A DNA stretch of 56,612 nucleotides from Salpingoeca rosetta (lineage: Eukaryota > Protista > Choanoflagellata), in assembly GCA_033442325.1 (NCBI GenBank), contig JAWQFM010000029.1:455942-512553 (forward strand), read 5' to 3'. Position numbers and translations under genes: made by a program. The notes under the pieces are model-generated. The model did no database searches, had not been told where the DNA came from, and saw only the letters and a list, made by a program, of their open reading frames with translations. Positions 43,774 to 56,612 of this stretch are shown here, one piece after another (position 1 is the stretch's first letter; each line of letters begins with the position of its first letter).

Positions 43774-44326
43774 GGCTTGGCACGAGGGGGGGGGCTGGGA
43801 GGAAGGAACGTGGGGGGAAACAGCAGCAGCAGGAAGGAAGGGAAGGGGAACGGAAGGGGGGAAGGGAAGGGAAGGGTCGACGAACAACAACCAAACCAAA
43901 CGACAGGTGAGGGGAAGGAAGGAGGAGAAAGACACGGCGCACACACACACACACACACAAACGATGCGGCAAGAAGGACAAGCAAAGAAACGAGAAGCCA
44001 AGCGAAAGCGGAAAAAGGAAGGAAAGCGCAAACGCTTCTTGCTTTGCTTGTGCGTGGTTTTGGTTGTTGGTTTTGTCGGGACAAGGGGAAGGAAGAAACA
44101 CGCAAGCAAGCAAGCAACCAAGCCAAAGAAGAAGCAAGGGCGACAAAAGGGAGAAGTCAGCGTTTTCAATGGGAATCCAAACACTTCGCGGCACGGAAAG
44201 CGCTGAGTCAGCGCAAAAAACAAGGACACAAAACGCAACCAACACGGACAATCGTGGTGTCGCACTTCCATGGGTTTCTTTGGATGTCGTGTCGCATGAG
44301 ACGGCACTCACAAAAAAAGTAAGCTG

Positions 44327-44398
44327 GGGCCTCGCCGGGATTTGAACCCGGGACCTCTCGCACCCAAAGCGAGAATCATACCCCTAGACCACGAGGCC
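44327..44398 (-). tRNA. tRNA-Pro(TGG)
   Basis: The reverse complement reads GGCCTCGTGGTCTAGGGGTATGATTCTCGCTTTGGGTGCGAGAGGTCCCGGGTTCAAATCCCGGCGAGGCCC. It folds as a cloverleaf with anticodon TGG and has an oligo-T terminator downstream. Confidence 0.97.
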
Positions 44399-46593
44399 AG
44401 CATTCGATGGGTGAGGAGGGAAAAATAATATACATTAAGTCTACCCCAGCCCTCATGTGTGTGTGCGTGTGTCGGTGTGTGTGAACCTGTGAACCCTCTC
44501 TCTGCTCTCTGACTCCTCCAAAGGAACTTCTCTCGCTAGCTCGCTCGCTCTGCTTGCTCTAGCTCTCTAGCTCCCTGCATCCCCCTCTCTTGTTTCATCT
44601 TTGGAACCACGCAGGACCGCAGGCTCTGCTCGTTTGATCGGCTGACCCTCTTATCATACTCTTGCAGTTGTCTCTTAGTCTCGTGGGTCTCTTCTTTGGC
44701 TCCTTCCTCTTTTTCGTCTCACTCCTCCGCGCCCAACCCCCAACCCCCCTCCCCCCCCCCTTGCCACCTCATGACGTCATTTTGCGTTGCCCATGCCCGA
44801 GTGTACATTCCCATTCAGGCCAGGGTGCTAATAAAAGTTGGGTTGAAGAGTGGCGCGCTGAATGTGTCGGTGCTGGCGTGCTGGATGACGGGTGTTTCGT
44901 GCACCCCGATTTTGTTTTGATAGTAGTTAGGCCCACTGCTGCAGAATTCTGGTGCGAACATTCATAGGCACCCTGGCACCCAGTCTGACTGAAAAGAATA
45001 ACCCAATCAAACACACGAACGCTTGAGCGAACCTGTGACAGCCGTGAATGGCATGGTCAGGTAATTTGGAGCAGTGGCAGTAGTACATCAAAACCTGCCT
45101 ATTCAACACATGCATAGTACACGCTTCGACGATTGGTGGATCAAGCCCTTCCCCAAGTCAAAAAAAAAAAAAACGAGGAAATTACCGAAGCATACACCGT
45201 AACATGTATGCGTTTCACATTCAAACATCATTGAACAAGCGCTAATAAATGCCCCGTTTCCCTCGGCTGCCAGCACGCCCAATCAAGGAAATGACGTCAT
45301 GGCACATCGTGTCCGCATTCCTTCTTGGCACACATGGAGGCCACTGTGCTTGCTCTAGGGGCATCGATGAAGTGCGAAAGACCTTTTCATGTAAAGCAAA
45401 GGCGGCAGGAGAGTGTGCAGTGAGTTGGCACAACCTATAACGCTCGAAAGTGCTCTGCTGCTCTGAATCATCGTTTATAGTGTTAGTTGAGTTGAGCACG
45501 AAGAGAAGCGAGAATAGGCAAGCCCATCTGAGCAGTATGCAAACCAACAAAACAACGTCCATGTGTATACTTCTACTTGAGACCTTGCTGCGTGCCTGTT
45601 GCTTGCAGGCAAACAATGTGCTCTGCTAAACGCCTGCATCCTGCAAGGATGATGAGGGCTCACGTTACATCACACAAGAACACAAGAAAGCAAACAACAA
45701 CCATTGAACCATGGCTGTGGACACGCACAAGCGTGAGATGAACCAAAAAAAAAAAGGCGAATACTTCCAATTCTTCTTGATGATTGCAGACATAAGGATG
45801 TAGGACAATCGCTCTTATCCCAACAATCTTTTTGAAAGCAGGCGCTCCTTCCGAAGTCTCTCAACCACCCAACCGATTTGTGACGTCAGAAGCTCAAAGT
45901 TGAGAACAGAGGACTAGAGGAACGGAACACAACGTCTGAGCTTCGTGATATACGTAGAGGCGAGAGATTTCTCGTGTGACTGGTTTGTGTGAGGGTGTGT
46001 GTCACATCATGTAGGATCAGAGACTCCACGCTACGCACTGCCCAATCCCTCTTTCCCTTGTGTTAGTGGCCTCGACATTGTTGGCAGTTTGGTCCTTCGT
46101 AAAGAGTTCCGCCTACCCCAACGGCCACAAATGGGAAGTTGAAGCGTTGAAACTGCGAAGCTGCTCATATTCGAGTGTGGCCGGATGTGGCACCACAATA
46201 ACCGCAGAGCTTCAGGTTTGGGCATAAGCCATTCGGGTGGCATGCTGAGGTCGGGATGACCACGCATACACACGCGCACGCACACACACGCACACACACG
46301 CACACACACGCACTCGTACAACAGCAACAGCAACAACACACGCACACAAAGGCGCGCGTGTGCCAGTGCTGTTACCATGGGTGGTTGATGTTGGGTCAAT
46401 GTTTGTGTACTAGTGTAGGTAACGGATATTGCTGGTGATTGGCAACAAAGGTCAGAAGAATAGACCATACCACGTAGGTGTTGACACCAGCATAGAGCAG
46501 AATAACAGGGAGCAAGATCGAAGGAAGGACTGTGCATCACAGGACATACACACACATACACACACATGCACATGTACACACACACATGCGCAA

Positions 46594-47462
46594 CTAAGCA
46601 AGATGGTGGTCTTTGAGTTCTCCGAACGATGGTCGCTCACGAGGGCTCTGCGCCATACACTTGAACGTCAGTGACTGGAACCACTCGGGGATGGCTATTG
46701 GAAAGTGGGTGCGAGAGAGTGAGTGAGTGAGATTATATGAATGATTGTGATTGTGTGTATGTGTGTGTGAGTGAGGAGAGAAGGACACGCAAGTAAACAA
46801 TCAAAGCACACACACACACACACACACACACATCACACACGGTTCGCAGCTCACCATCTTCTTCGCGATCATCAAATCGCAACCGCTTCCCATCCTCCAA
46901 AAGATTGCTGATGGTGGCGAGGATCGGCCCACGATACCCGCCCCCCTTCTCCTGCTCAATGAGGTCTGGCACACGCTGTGTCGCCACCTCCCACATGAGC
47001 ACGCCAAAGCTGAAGATGTCGGCTTCAAAGCTGTACTTGTCACCCGTCAATGCCTCTGGTGCCATGTACAGCGGCGTCCCCACACCAGCCGTTAGCGTCA
47101 TGCTCGTCATTGTCTGCAGTCCAGCCTGCTGGCTGTATTGGGGATCATCAACATCATGGGTGGATGACAGGCGGGTATGGCTGCTGCCGTGGGCTCTGCC
47201 ACCTCCACCACGTGTAAAGCACTGGCGAATGGACCCGAAATCCGTAATCTTGGCGCGAAGCGACGATGACACCAGCACGTTTCCGCTCTTCAGGTCTCTG
47301 TTTGGGTGGTGTTGGTGTAGTTGGGGATGAGGGTAGGATGGTGCGGTGAGCAGTGAATAAGAAGCACGTACCTGCACACAAGCACCCACACACACACACT
47401 CACGCGCACTTGCACACACACACTCACACGCACTTGCACACACACACACACAAGCACAGTCA

Positions 47463-47514
<52 letters not shown>

Positions 47515-50500
47515 CACCGGTGCATCTGGTCCAGACTGTGGATAAAAGCCATGCCACTCGCAACATCACGCAGCAAGCGCAGCTTCAAGTCCCACACACT
47601 GTTCACATCATCGCTAACACCACCACTGCTGCTTTCCTCGATCTTCTTATTCCTCACCTCCATCAACACCCCCTCCATATCTTTCCCCAGCAGGTCCTTG
47701 AGGGACCCCATCGTCACAAATTCCAGCACCAGGAACGGGCTGCCATTGGGATCGGTGCCCGCCCCAAAGAACCGCACCACGTGTGGATGCCGTGTACGCT
47801 GCAAGAACTCAACCTCCTTCTCAAACTCAAGCACCGTGCTCTCGTCAAACGCCATGACGGCTTGTTGCAGCACTTTGACTGCCACCATCACTGTGTCCCA
47901 CTCTGCCTTGAACACCACGCCAAACGCACCCGCAGCCACACGCTTAATCATCCTCAGCTCATCGTACTCAATCTCCCACGCCTTCTTTAGCGCCATTACT
48001 TCTTCATCCATCTCCACCAACAGCTGCTCCTGCAGGCCGATGCGTTTCGTCATGCCACGGTAGCGGCGTGACAACCACGCCACAAACAGGCCAAAGAACA
48101 GGCCGCCAATGACCGAGCCAGCAGCAATGCCGGCAATATCTGGGGTGTCCACCACACACCGCCCACCTGACGCCAGCTTGAAACCACGAGCGCATGTGCA
48201 GTGGAAGGAGAACACAACCTGGGGCGCGATCAGGTTTGAGCTGCCCAGCGGGCGCACGTCCATGTTTGACAGCTGAAGCGCACATTCAATGGGCGCATCA
48301 GTCAGCTGAAGGATGGGAGGAATGGGGCGGTTTGAAATGGCAGTGGTGTCAGCAGTCACGAAGGCGTCATCCGACAAGACAATTGTTCTGGCAGTGATGC
48401 GATTGACCTCTGCCAGGTGGCTCAGCCACGCGTTCCCCGCAAAGTCCAGCACGTCTGCTCGCTCGAGGCAGTTGCGTAGCGTTGCAGCTGCCTGGCGCAC
48501 TTCAATGGCCCCGACCAAGTTGCGGGCGAAGAGAATGCGTGTGCCCCATCGCGTGCACAGCGCCCCCGATGGTGGGACGTTGGTGTTGCTGATGTCAAGG
48601 ATGTCGATTGGTGGCGCGTTAATGGACGTGAGTTGGGTGCACCCGGAGACGTTCAACTCACGCAGTGGATTGTGGACGGTGATGGATCGCAGGTGCTTGT
48701 TGTCGCTTAGGAGCAGTGAGCCGAATGTCTTGTCAGGACATACTTGGATGGCTCTGTAGTCCGTGTTGGCGATACGAAGCTCACGCACGTCAGTTGCGAG
48801 CAGTTTACACAATGCGCTCATCGGCACCGTGTTGCTGCTGGCGCCTGGCCAGCCCAGGTGAAGCGTGTCGAGACTCAACGGTGGAAGGTCGTCAATTGAT
48901 GGAACCACGGCGCTGATGTCCACATTCTCCAAACTGAGCGTTGATAGGCGTGAGATGCTGGTGATGTTGGTGATGTCTGACACCACTGCTCTGGATTCTG
49001 CTTGCCGGGAAGCGTCAAGTTCAAGGACGTTGAGATTGGCCAGACGAAGGAGTGGCGCCAGGTCTATGTGTTCGATTACGTGGTCTTGCAGACGGAGGGT
49101 GCGCAGAGCAGGTGTGAGGGCTGCATCTGGCAGCTCCCGCAAGGGGTTGTGGCTCAGGTCGAGTCGGCGAAGGCGATGGAATGTTCTGGGGAGGTGCAGT
49201 TGAGTCAAGTCGTTGCCGTCAAGGTTCAGGAAGCTCAGGAAAGCCGGCCGTGATGCTTGTAGGACGTTATCGATCGAGCGAAGGCGATTGTTGGCAAAGG
49301 ACACTTGCAACAGTGCCAAGTTTCGTGTAAAGAGGGTGCGTGGAAGGGAGATGATTTTGGTGTCAGTGCAGGAGAACTGGGTGAGACGTCGGTTGAACCG
49401 AAGGAGGTCCGCAGGCAAGGCTGTCAGGTCATTGGCCCCGATGTTCAGCTGCCTCAGTGCTGACAGGCCTTTGAACACGCCTGGAGACAGTGACGTCAAC
49501 GCATTGTCAAAGATCTGGAGATGCTGCAAGGATGAGAGACTGGCAAAAATGTTCTCGGGGAGGGACGTGATGAAGTTGTTTGCCAGTCCAAGCACCGTGA
49601 GACGGGTGGTGTTTCGAAACAGCGTTGGTGGCAAGCTGGTGAGGAGCATGCTCTCGAGGGTGAGGTGATCCAGCCTGCTCAGTGAAATGAAGGTGTCCGC
49701 ATCAAGCTTTGCGATTGGGTTCTGGTGCATCTCCAAGCGCGTCAGGTTGGCGAGTGGATGGAACAGGCCAGAAGGAATGGCGCTGATGTCGTTTGAGAAC
49801 AGGATCAGCCACTGCAACTGGGCAAGGTTATCGAGTCCTCCTGGCTCAAGCTCAGAAACGAGGTTGTGACTTAAGCCCAGTTGTTGCAGCATGGTCATCC
49901 CATTGAAATTGTCCTTGGCAATGCGACGAATACGGTTTTGGCGCAAGTTTAGCACTCTCAGCGAAGTCAAGCCTGAAAGATCCGGGATGGTCGCCAGCGA
50001 GCAGCCGGTGACGTGAAATTGCGAAACACCACGTGCGTTTTGGAAGCCGCTTGTGTCCACCTCGCGCAGCAGCGCGCTGTTGCGTATCCAGATGGTGTTG
50101 ATGCCGGTCATTGGGTTGAGCACGCTCAATCGAAACGTGGCAAACTGTACGCCATCCAAGAGGACCTTGTTGCTGTCCGCGGTCCAATTGCCACGGTTGA
50201 ACATCCATTGCAAAGTCGCTTCGGCAAGGTGCCCGTTCACATTCAACTGGATCACGGAGCCCGAAATAGCTTGTAGCCCGCTTGCATCAGTGCCGTCATC
50301 CACATGATCGTCGACACTCAAGGTGATGGTAAGCTGTCCGTTGGTGGCTGCACCAGGACATGTTCCGTTGACCACACTTGTCAGCGTGCACTGTCCAGCC
50401 TGCACAACTGGAGCAGACACCTTCCGCCGCACGCGCCTGTGGTGCTGCCGTGCGTGTTGCAAGGAGGGTTGCGTGGCCGTTGCGTGTGTGGAAGACGACA

Positions 50501-51386
50501 GCGAGGATGGAGTGGGCGGTGCGTTGGAACGGTGCGTTACATGCTCGTGAGTTAGGTCGTGAGTTGTGTCGTGAGCGCGCTCCTTGTCCTTCCTGTCGTG
50601 ATCATCGTCCTCACACCCAAACGCAGTCATCATGCGATGAATCGGTGACAGGTCCAAAAATGGGAAGGGCAACGCGCCTGGCTCCTCGTGTGCCGTTTCA
50701 TTTTGAGGTGTTCCCGTATTGCTACGGCCTACATTGTGTATGCGCTTGAAGAGCGGCGAGTCCTTGCCATGAGCCTTCAGTACGTTCAGCACCCGCGCCA
50801 TGCTGTCTAGTGTCCCGTGCACATCCGAACACAGCTACAGAGGGGGTTTGGGTGCACGTGACAAGAGGCAAGAAACGATGGGTGCGTGCGTGCATGTTGG
50901 TGAGAAGGGACGGCAACACAGCACAGTATGTATATTTGTATGTGTACGTATACTCGAGCTGGAGGAAACCCAAACAAAGCAGTCACCCAACACAACACAA
51001 CAAGAACAACAAGAACAACAAGAACAACAAGAACAACAAGAACAGCAAGAACAGCAAGAACAGCAAGAACAGCAAGAACAGCAAGAACAACAAGAACAGC
51101 AAGAACAACAAGAACAACAAGAACAACAAGAACAGAGGGCACCAAGGGCAAGAACGAGAGTACCCGCACTTCTCAGCTTCTCATAACACATGCAGGCCAG
51201 CACGCGGGCACTCGAGCACGCTGAAACGGGCAGTGGCAGACGTACCTGATAGTCTTGTGATGTCAGCGGTGGCACAGGACTTGTCGCTGCTGCTGGTTTC
51301 ATGCTGTGCACGGTCATTGTCATGGCAGCCATCATCACCACGACCCTCACCACCACCAGTAACTTCACCACGGCTGCCACAGCCAT
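46594..51386 (-). CDS. Leucine-rich-repeat receptor kinase (signal peptide, pro-region, LRRs, EGF-like Cys motif, TM helix, TKL-type kinase); exons ~51386-51246, 50834-47519, ~47298-46845, ~46690-46594
   Basis: Hydrophobic N-terminus MAVAAVVKLLVVVRVVV; many LxxLxLxxN repeats; CTCARGFKLASGGRC; TM IAGIAAGSVIGGLFFGLFVAWL. Kinase motifs are AGAFGVV, VAVK, HRDLKSGN, DFG, GTPLYMAPE, DIFSFGVLMWE and RPSF. Confidence 0.93.
51001..51134. repeat. 9-bp intronic minisatellite (CAAGAACAA/CAAGAACAG)n
   Basis: It lies in intron 1 of the LRR kinase. The same unit (GTTCTTGTT on the sense strand) occurs at ~39385-39455. Confidence 0.9.
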
Positions 51387-51686
51387 GGCAGGAGAAGCCT
51401 GCACAACCAAGGAGGGCTGGGCAGCGGCAAGAGAAGGCTCAAAGGGAAGAGGGCAGCGGGGGGTTTGAGTGGTGAGGACTTGAGTATAGTCGCTGAGTCT
51501 CTCTGGTAGTGAGTGAAGTAGTGAGAGGAAGAGGAAGGAGAGAAGAGACAAGTGTTGAGGAGTTGTTGGAGTGCTTGCTGCCTTACTTTGCCTGCGGAAA
51601 AACCCTCAACAACGTTCTCAATCGTCGACGCAGCGAGGTGGATTACGTTCATGAAAATAATTTTCACACTGCTAGCAGCATCTGTT

Positions 51687-51758
51687 GGCCTCGTGGTCTA
51701 GGGGTATGATTCTCGCTTTGGGTGCGAGAGGTCCCGGGTTCAAATCCCGGCGAGGCCC
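51687..51758 (+). tRNA. tRNA-Pro(TGG), identical to the copy at 44327-44398
   Basis: Same 72-nt sequence, followed by CAGCTTTGTTTTTTT (Pol III terminator). Confidence 0.97.
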
Positions 51759-51879
51759 CAGCTTTGTTTTTTTGGGCTCGCACTCGCAGGTGACTCACTC
51801 ACGACCCGAAGCAACACCGCACACCTGACACCTCACCCACACCACCCACAGACACACGACACACACCACAAGCGCGACG

Positions 51880-53554
51880 ATGGCAGCTCGCTGGTTCTTT
51901 GTGCTGCCGGAGGCAGGCAGCAAGGCATGGCACCTTGATGCGGGGAGCAGCGACAAGCAGCAAGACACGCAGACGACAACAACGACGACAAAGAAGACGA
52001 AGAAGGGCGAGGATGCTTCTGTGAGCAAGAGCAAGAAGAAGAAGGCCAAGGGCCAGAGGAAGGACTTGTTGAGCGAGAAGGACCAGATTGACAATGCGCG
52101 GCCGCTGTGCCAGCATGACAGCCAAGCTCTGGAGAAGGCCTGGCAGCAAATGAAGCACCGCCTCACGCACGTCGCTCGCAAGTACACAGCCGGCACCGCA
52201 GCGGAGGACTCGGGCCATGTCTATGATGGGAGTGGCAGTGACGGAGGCGGCGACAGTGACCTGGGAGACGCTGCGGCGGACACTGCTGACGCCGTTTCTG
52301 TGGACAAGGGCGCAGAGGAGATGAAGCGAGACCGTGACCTGGACGCGACCATGCTCATGGCGGAGCGCATGCGCAACGCCACCAGCACGGTTCCTGCACC
52401 AGTTGCTGGCCGTGCCGGTGAAGAGGACACAACAGACGAGCAAGGAGAGCATGTGGAACAAGCGCCGGACGAAACAGAGGAGCCCGAGGGCGAGCACAAG
52501 TCCCCGCGCTACGTGTTCATCTTTGGTGGTGCTTACCGCGTTGACGTTCTACAACTCAAGGCCGTGTAAGAATACGGGTTTAAGGATTGGTTTGCTGTGT
52601 GCGTGCGTTCGTGTGTGTGTGTGTGTGTGCGTGTGTGTGTGCATGCGTGTGTGTGCATGCGTGTGTGTGCATGCGTGCGTGCCTACTGCCTTGTCTGCTG
52701 TGTGTGTGTGTGTTCGTGCGTAGGAGGTTGTTGTTGCGCGTCTATGGAGGCATTCAACACATTGTCTTCTGGTCAATTGTTCTTCCCTCTTCACGCCTAT
52801 TCATCTCGTCTGCGCGTTGTGGTTGCACAGCCCATATCTGTGGAAGGGGCGGCCGCTGCAAGTGTTTCGAGCAACGTGGTTCAAGCAGTCCGGGCGGCAC
52901 ATGTTGCCCATCGGCGACAAGCTTGCACGCTACCTTGAACTGCACCACCACATTGCCCGGCGTCGCATGCAGTCCGCAAAGTATGTGAGCGATTGTCTGC
53001 ATGTGTGTATGTTTGTTGTGTGTGTGTTGTTTGTGTGCATGTGTGTGCGACTGTGCATGTGTGTGCGACTGTGTTTGTGTGTGTATGTGTCGTCTCTGTA
53101 GCGCTTTTTGCACGCACATCAACCCTCACACATGGTTCACGTCGTCATCGCCTCTATCTTTGATCTGCCAAGGCCGAATGTCGAGCACGCAGGTTTGCAT
53201 GTGTGCGCGTGTGCTTGTGTGTGTGTACGTTTGTGTGCATGTGTGAATATGTGCATGTGCATGTGTGAATATGTGCTTGCGGGTGTGCGCGTACGTGTGC
53301 ACACGAGTGAGCACAAGTGTCACCATGTGTGTGGACCGGCCAACTCACCGTGCGTTTGGTGCCCGTGTTTCGCTTCCTGACACTGGTCCTCGTTTTTCGG
53401 TGCCCTCTCTCTTCGTTCGGCAGCCAAGGTGCGGCATGCACAACGTTCAAGCTGCTCGCTTGTACACACAGACACACAGACACAGACACACACAGACATA
53501 GACACAGACACAGACATCGACACAGACACACACACACACACACACAGACACACA

Positions 53555-53597
<43 letters not shown>

Positions 53598-53621
53598 GCA
53601 GACACCCACAGACACACACAC

Positions 53622-53660
<39 letters not shown>

Positions 53661-54238
53661 ATACGCTCCCTCCCTCTCGCTCTCTAACCCACATAAGCTC
53701 TGTCGCTGCATTTCTCATCGCCGCATCAGCGCGTGGAGATTTATCGCGTCACACAGGAATCAACAGCGTACACGTGGTGAGATGCACTGCAGCGGTGGTT
53801 GGAAGTGACTGTACGGGACACTGTGGTTCGGGTGTGTGTGTGTGCATAGACGTGCACTGTGGTACGTGTGTGTCGCCCAGCACCTGCTGTCGCTACAGCC
53901 CGCTTTCGCATGTTTGCATGATCCTGGATGCCACAAATCGTTGATGTGTTGTCTTCCTGCCTGCAGGCATAGCGATGGCACCATCTTCTCCACGCCGAGC
54001 TTCGTTTCCTTCCTTAAATCACAGCAGCTCTTCCACGGTTATGACACGGTGGGCACGGTGCCTTTGCTCGCGCGTGAGATCTGCTGCGTTGACAGGTCTG
54101 CTCCAGGGCTTGTGTTGTTGCATCTCCATCTCAATCGTTCTATATCCTACGCCTCACAAACACACACACACACACACACACACAACACACGCAAACACAC
54201 AACACACGCACACACACACGCACACACACAACACACAC

Positions 54239-54317
<79 letters not shown>

Positions 54318-55108
54318 CACAGCATCGCCAGGGCGAGGAGAGCAGCGTGGATGAAGTGGTGGAGCCAAATTGCCACTGTGGCGAGACGACCCATCTCGTC
54401 TTTGTTGTCCACGGAATCGGTGCGTGTGAATGTGAATCCTGTGTGTTGTACGCGCGTGTTGGAGTTGTTTTGCAGGCGTGTGTGCCGTCTTGTCTTGTGT
54501 GGCAGTCCTTGTGTCGTGTTCAACTGCATGCATTCGGTGTTACAACTCCTCCTTGAACGTCTTGCGCTAACCCAACAACACATGCCACTTGACACACTCC
54601 ACACACCTCACATCCCACGCAACAAACCTGTGACCTTGGTGTACATACATGCACGTGTGCAGGCCAGAATTTTGACGAGAGCATTGAAAAGCACGCGCTG
54701 TCCTTTGATCGGCAGATGCGAAAGATTGCGCGCAAGGGCGTCTTTGGGCGCTCTTACAGGTCCGGGGTGGTTGGTGGTGATAATGGTTGTTGTTGTTGTT
54801 TTTGTTGGTGGTGGCAGTTATGGTTGTTGGTGGTAGTTGGTGGTGGTTGTTGGTTGTGGTTGCTGTTGGTGGTGGTGGTGAGGGTGGTTGTTGGTGACAC
54901 GTCGTGGGTGCACACCCTCACGCGTTTCCCGCTACTGGCTCTTACCTCCTCCGCAGGATTGGGGCCAAACGCGTACAGTTTATTCCGATTCAATGGCGAA
55001 ATACGCTCGCCCTCAACACGGACACCATCCGCGCCATCACGCCCGAGGTGAGCAATTATTTGTGTGCGTGCGTGTGCGTGTGTGTGTGTGCGTGTGTGTG
55101 TGTGTGCG

Positions 55109-55163
<55 letters not shown>

Positions 55164-56612
55164 NNNNNNNNNNNNNNNNNNNNNNNNNNNNNNNNNNNNN
55201 NNNNNNNNNNNNNNNNNNNNNNNNNNNNNNNNNNNNNNNNNNNNNNNNNNNNNNNNNNNNNNNNNNNNNNNNNNNNNNNNNNNNNNNNNNNNNNNNNNNN
55301 NNNNNNNNNNNNNNNNNNNNNNNNNNNNNNNNNNNNNNNNNNNNNNNNNNNNNNNNNNNNNNNNNNNNNNNNNNNNNNNNNNNNNNNNNNNNNNNNNNNN
55401 NNNNNNNNNNNNNNNNNNNNNNNNNNNNNNNNNNNNNNNNNNNNNNNNNNNNNNNNNNNNNNNNNNNNNNNNNNNNNNNNNNNNNNNNNNNNNNNNNNNN
55501 NNNNNNNNNNNNNNNNNNNNNNNNNNNNNNNNNNNNNNNNNNNNNNNNNNNNNNNNNNNNNNNNNNNNNNNNNNNNNNNNNNNNNNNNNNNNNNNNNNNN
55601 NNNNNNNNNNNNNNNNNNNNNNNNNNNNNNNNNNNNNNNNNNNNNNNNNNNNNNNNNNNNNNNNNNNNNNNNNNNNNNNNNNNNNNNNNNNNNNNNNNNN
55701 NNNNNNNNNNNNNNNNNNNNNNNNNNNNNNNNNNNNNNNNNNNNNNNNNNNNNNNNNNNNNNNNNNNNNNNNNNNNNNNNNNNNNNNNNNNNNNNNNNNN
55801 NNNNNNNNNNNNNNNNNNNNNNNNNNNNNNNNNNNNNNNNNNNNGAAAAAAAAAACAAAAATACTTTTAGTCAGGATACTGAGGTCGCAGGCCGTCGACT
55901 AGTGACAAATACTCAATACGAAGAGATTTTGTCTCAGTATTAGTGACGAACAATTCCTCACTTCTGCACACCGCATAACACATATTATATTTGGTTGTGC
56001 ATTCGCCTCGCACGTGTGTCCCTGGAGTGGCACGCTTTTGTAACTCGCCCCCTCCCTCTACCCGCTCCAATTTTTTACGTCCCTCTGTCTCTCCCTTGCC
56101 TCATACCAGGCGTTCTTGAAGTTGCGGTTTTCGGTGTCGAATCTGTTCCTGCTCGGCTCTCCCGTCGCCATCTTCCTCGCTATGCGCGGGGCACAGGCTG
56201 CAGGCAACACGTGCGTTGCGCTGATGGTTGAATGCGGTCGAACGTGACCCCCGGGATTGCGTGTGTGCGCGTGTGCGCACGCGTGTGTATGTTGCGTGTA
56301 CGTGTACGTGCGCGTATGTATGTTGCGTTCGCGCGTGCGTGCGTGTGTATGTTGCGTGTACGTGTACGTGCACGTGAGACGTTTCCCACCCCATTACTGG
56401 TATTCCCTTCTCATTTTCTTTCCACGTATCCGCACACCCTTCCGCACCCTCACACGCCCCGCGCCTCCATGCCTGTCTCCATAGGCTGCATGGGGCAGAC
56501 GTGGTCCTCCCTGCGCACGTGCGCGTGTTCAACATCTACAACAGCATGGATCCTCTTGCCGGCACGCATCGAACCCCTGCTGGAAACAGACGTCAAGCCA
56601 GGTCTGTGTGTG
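51880..56612 (+). CDS. DDHD-family intracellular phospholipase A1 (PA-PLA1/DDHD1-2/SEC23IP-like); partial, interrupted by a gap and running off the window
   Basis: MAARWFF..DSQALEKAW; GGAYRVDV; LWKG..VFRATWF; THLVFVVHGIG; RVQFIPIQWR; NLFLLGSPVAIFLAMRG; VFNIYNSMDPLA..RIEPLL. The catalytic GxSxG motif probably lies in the gap. Confidence 0.88.
55164..55844. other. Assembly gap
   Basis: Run of N following a (TG)n tract. Confidence 1.

Noticed and set aside
55845-56000. AT-rich sequence with adjacent SalI/SpeI-like sites (GTCGACTAGT) right after the gap
   Set aside because: It is probably a low-quality read end or artefact and cannot be supported as a biological element.
56545-56585. Apparent frameshift in DDHD between DPLA and RIEPLL
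   Set aside because: A single extra base near a gap or contig end is most likely a sequencing error. There is no evidence for recoding.

Overview
This is an intron-rich, GC-rich eukaryotic window with dense (TG)n/(CA)n microsatellites and two assembly gaps. Gene content and repeat style suggest a choanoflagellate, probably Salpingoeca rosetta (inference, not verified). In order, the genes I can support are: (1) a HET/TIR-like + 42-aa TPR array + PH domain protein (+); (2) an acidic, polyQ low-complexity protein (+); (3) a membrane-anchored tyrosine phosphatase with a very long E/K/R helical spacer (-); (4) a UBA + TRF-like Myb protein that breaks off at a ~650-bp (CT)n tract (+); (5) a USP9/USP24-like deubiquitinase lacking its N-terminus (+); (6) TRAPPC6 (-); (7) a WD40 protein (+); (8) a SAP30-like protein (-); (9) an LRR receptor kinase of the TKL type (-), bracketed by two identical inverted tRNA-Pro(TGG) genes; (10) a partial DDHD-type phospholipase A1 (+). 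The best candidates for new biology are the TIR/HET-TPR-PH receptor with hypervariable repeat positions (possibly an NLR-like immune sensor with no NTPase), the polarised complementary TG/CA intron ends (possibly structure-assisted splicing) and the tRNA-bracketed LRR-kinase cassette. Exon boundaries were read by eye.
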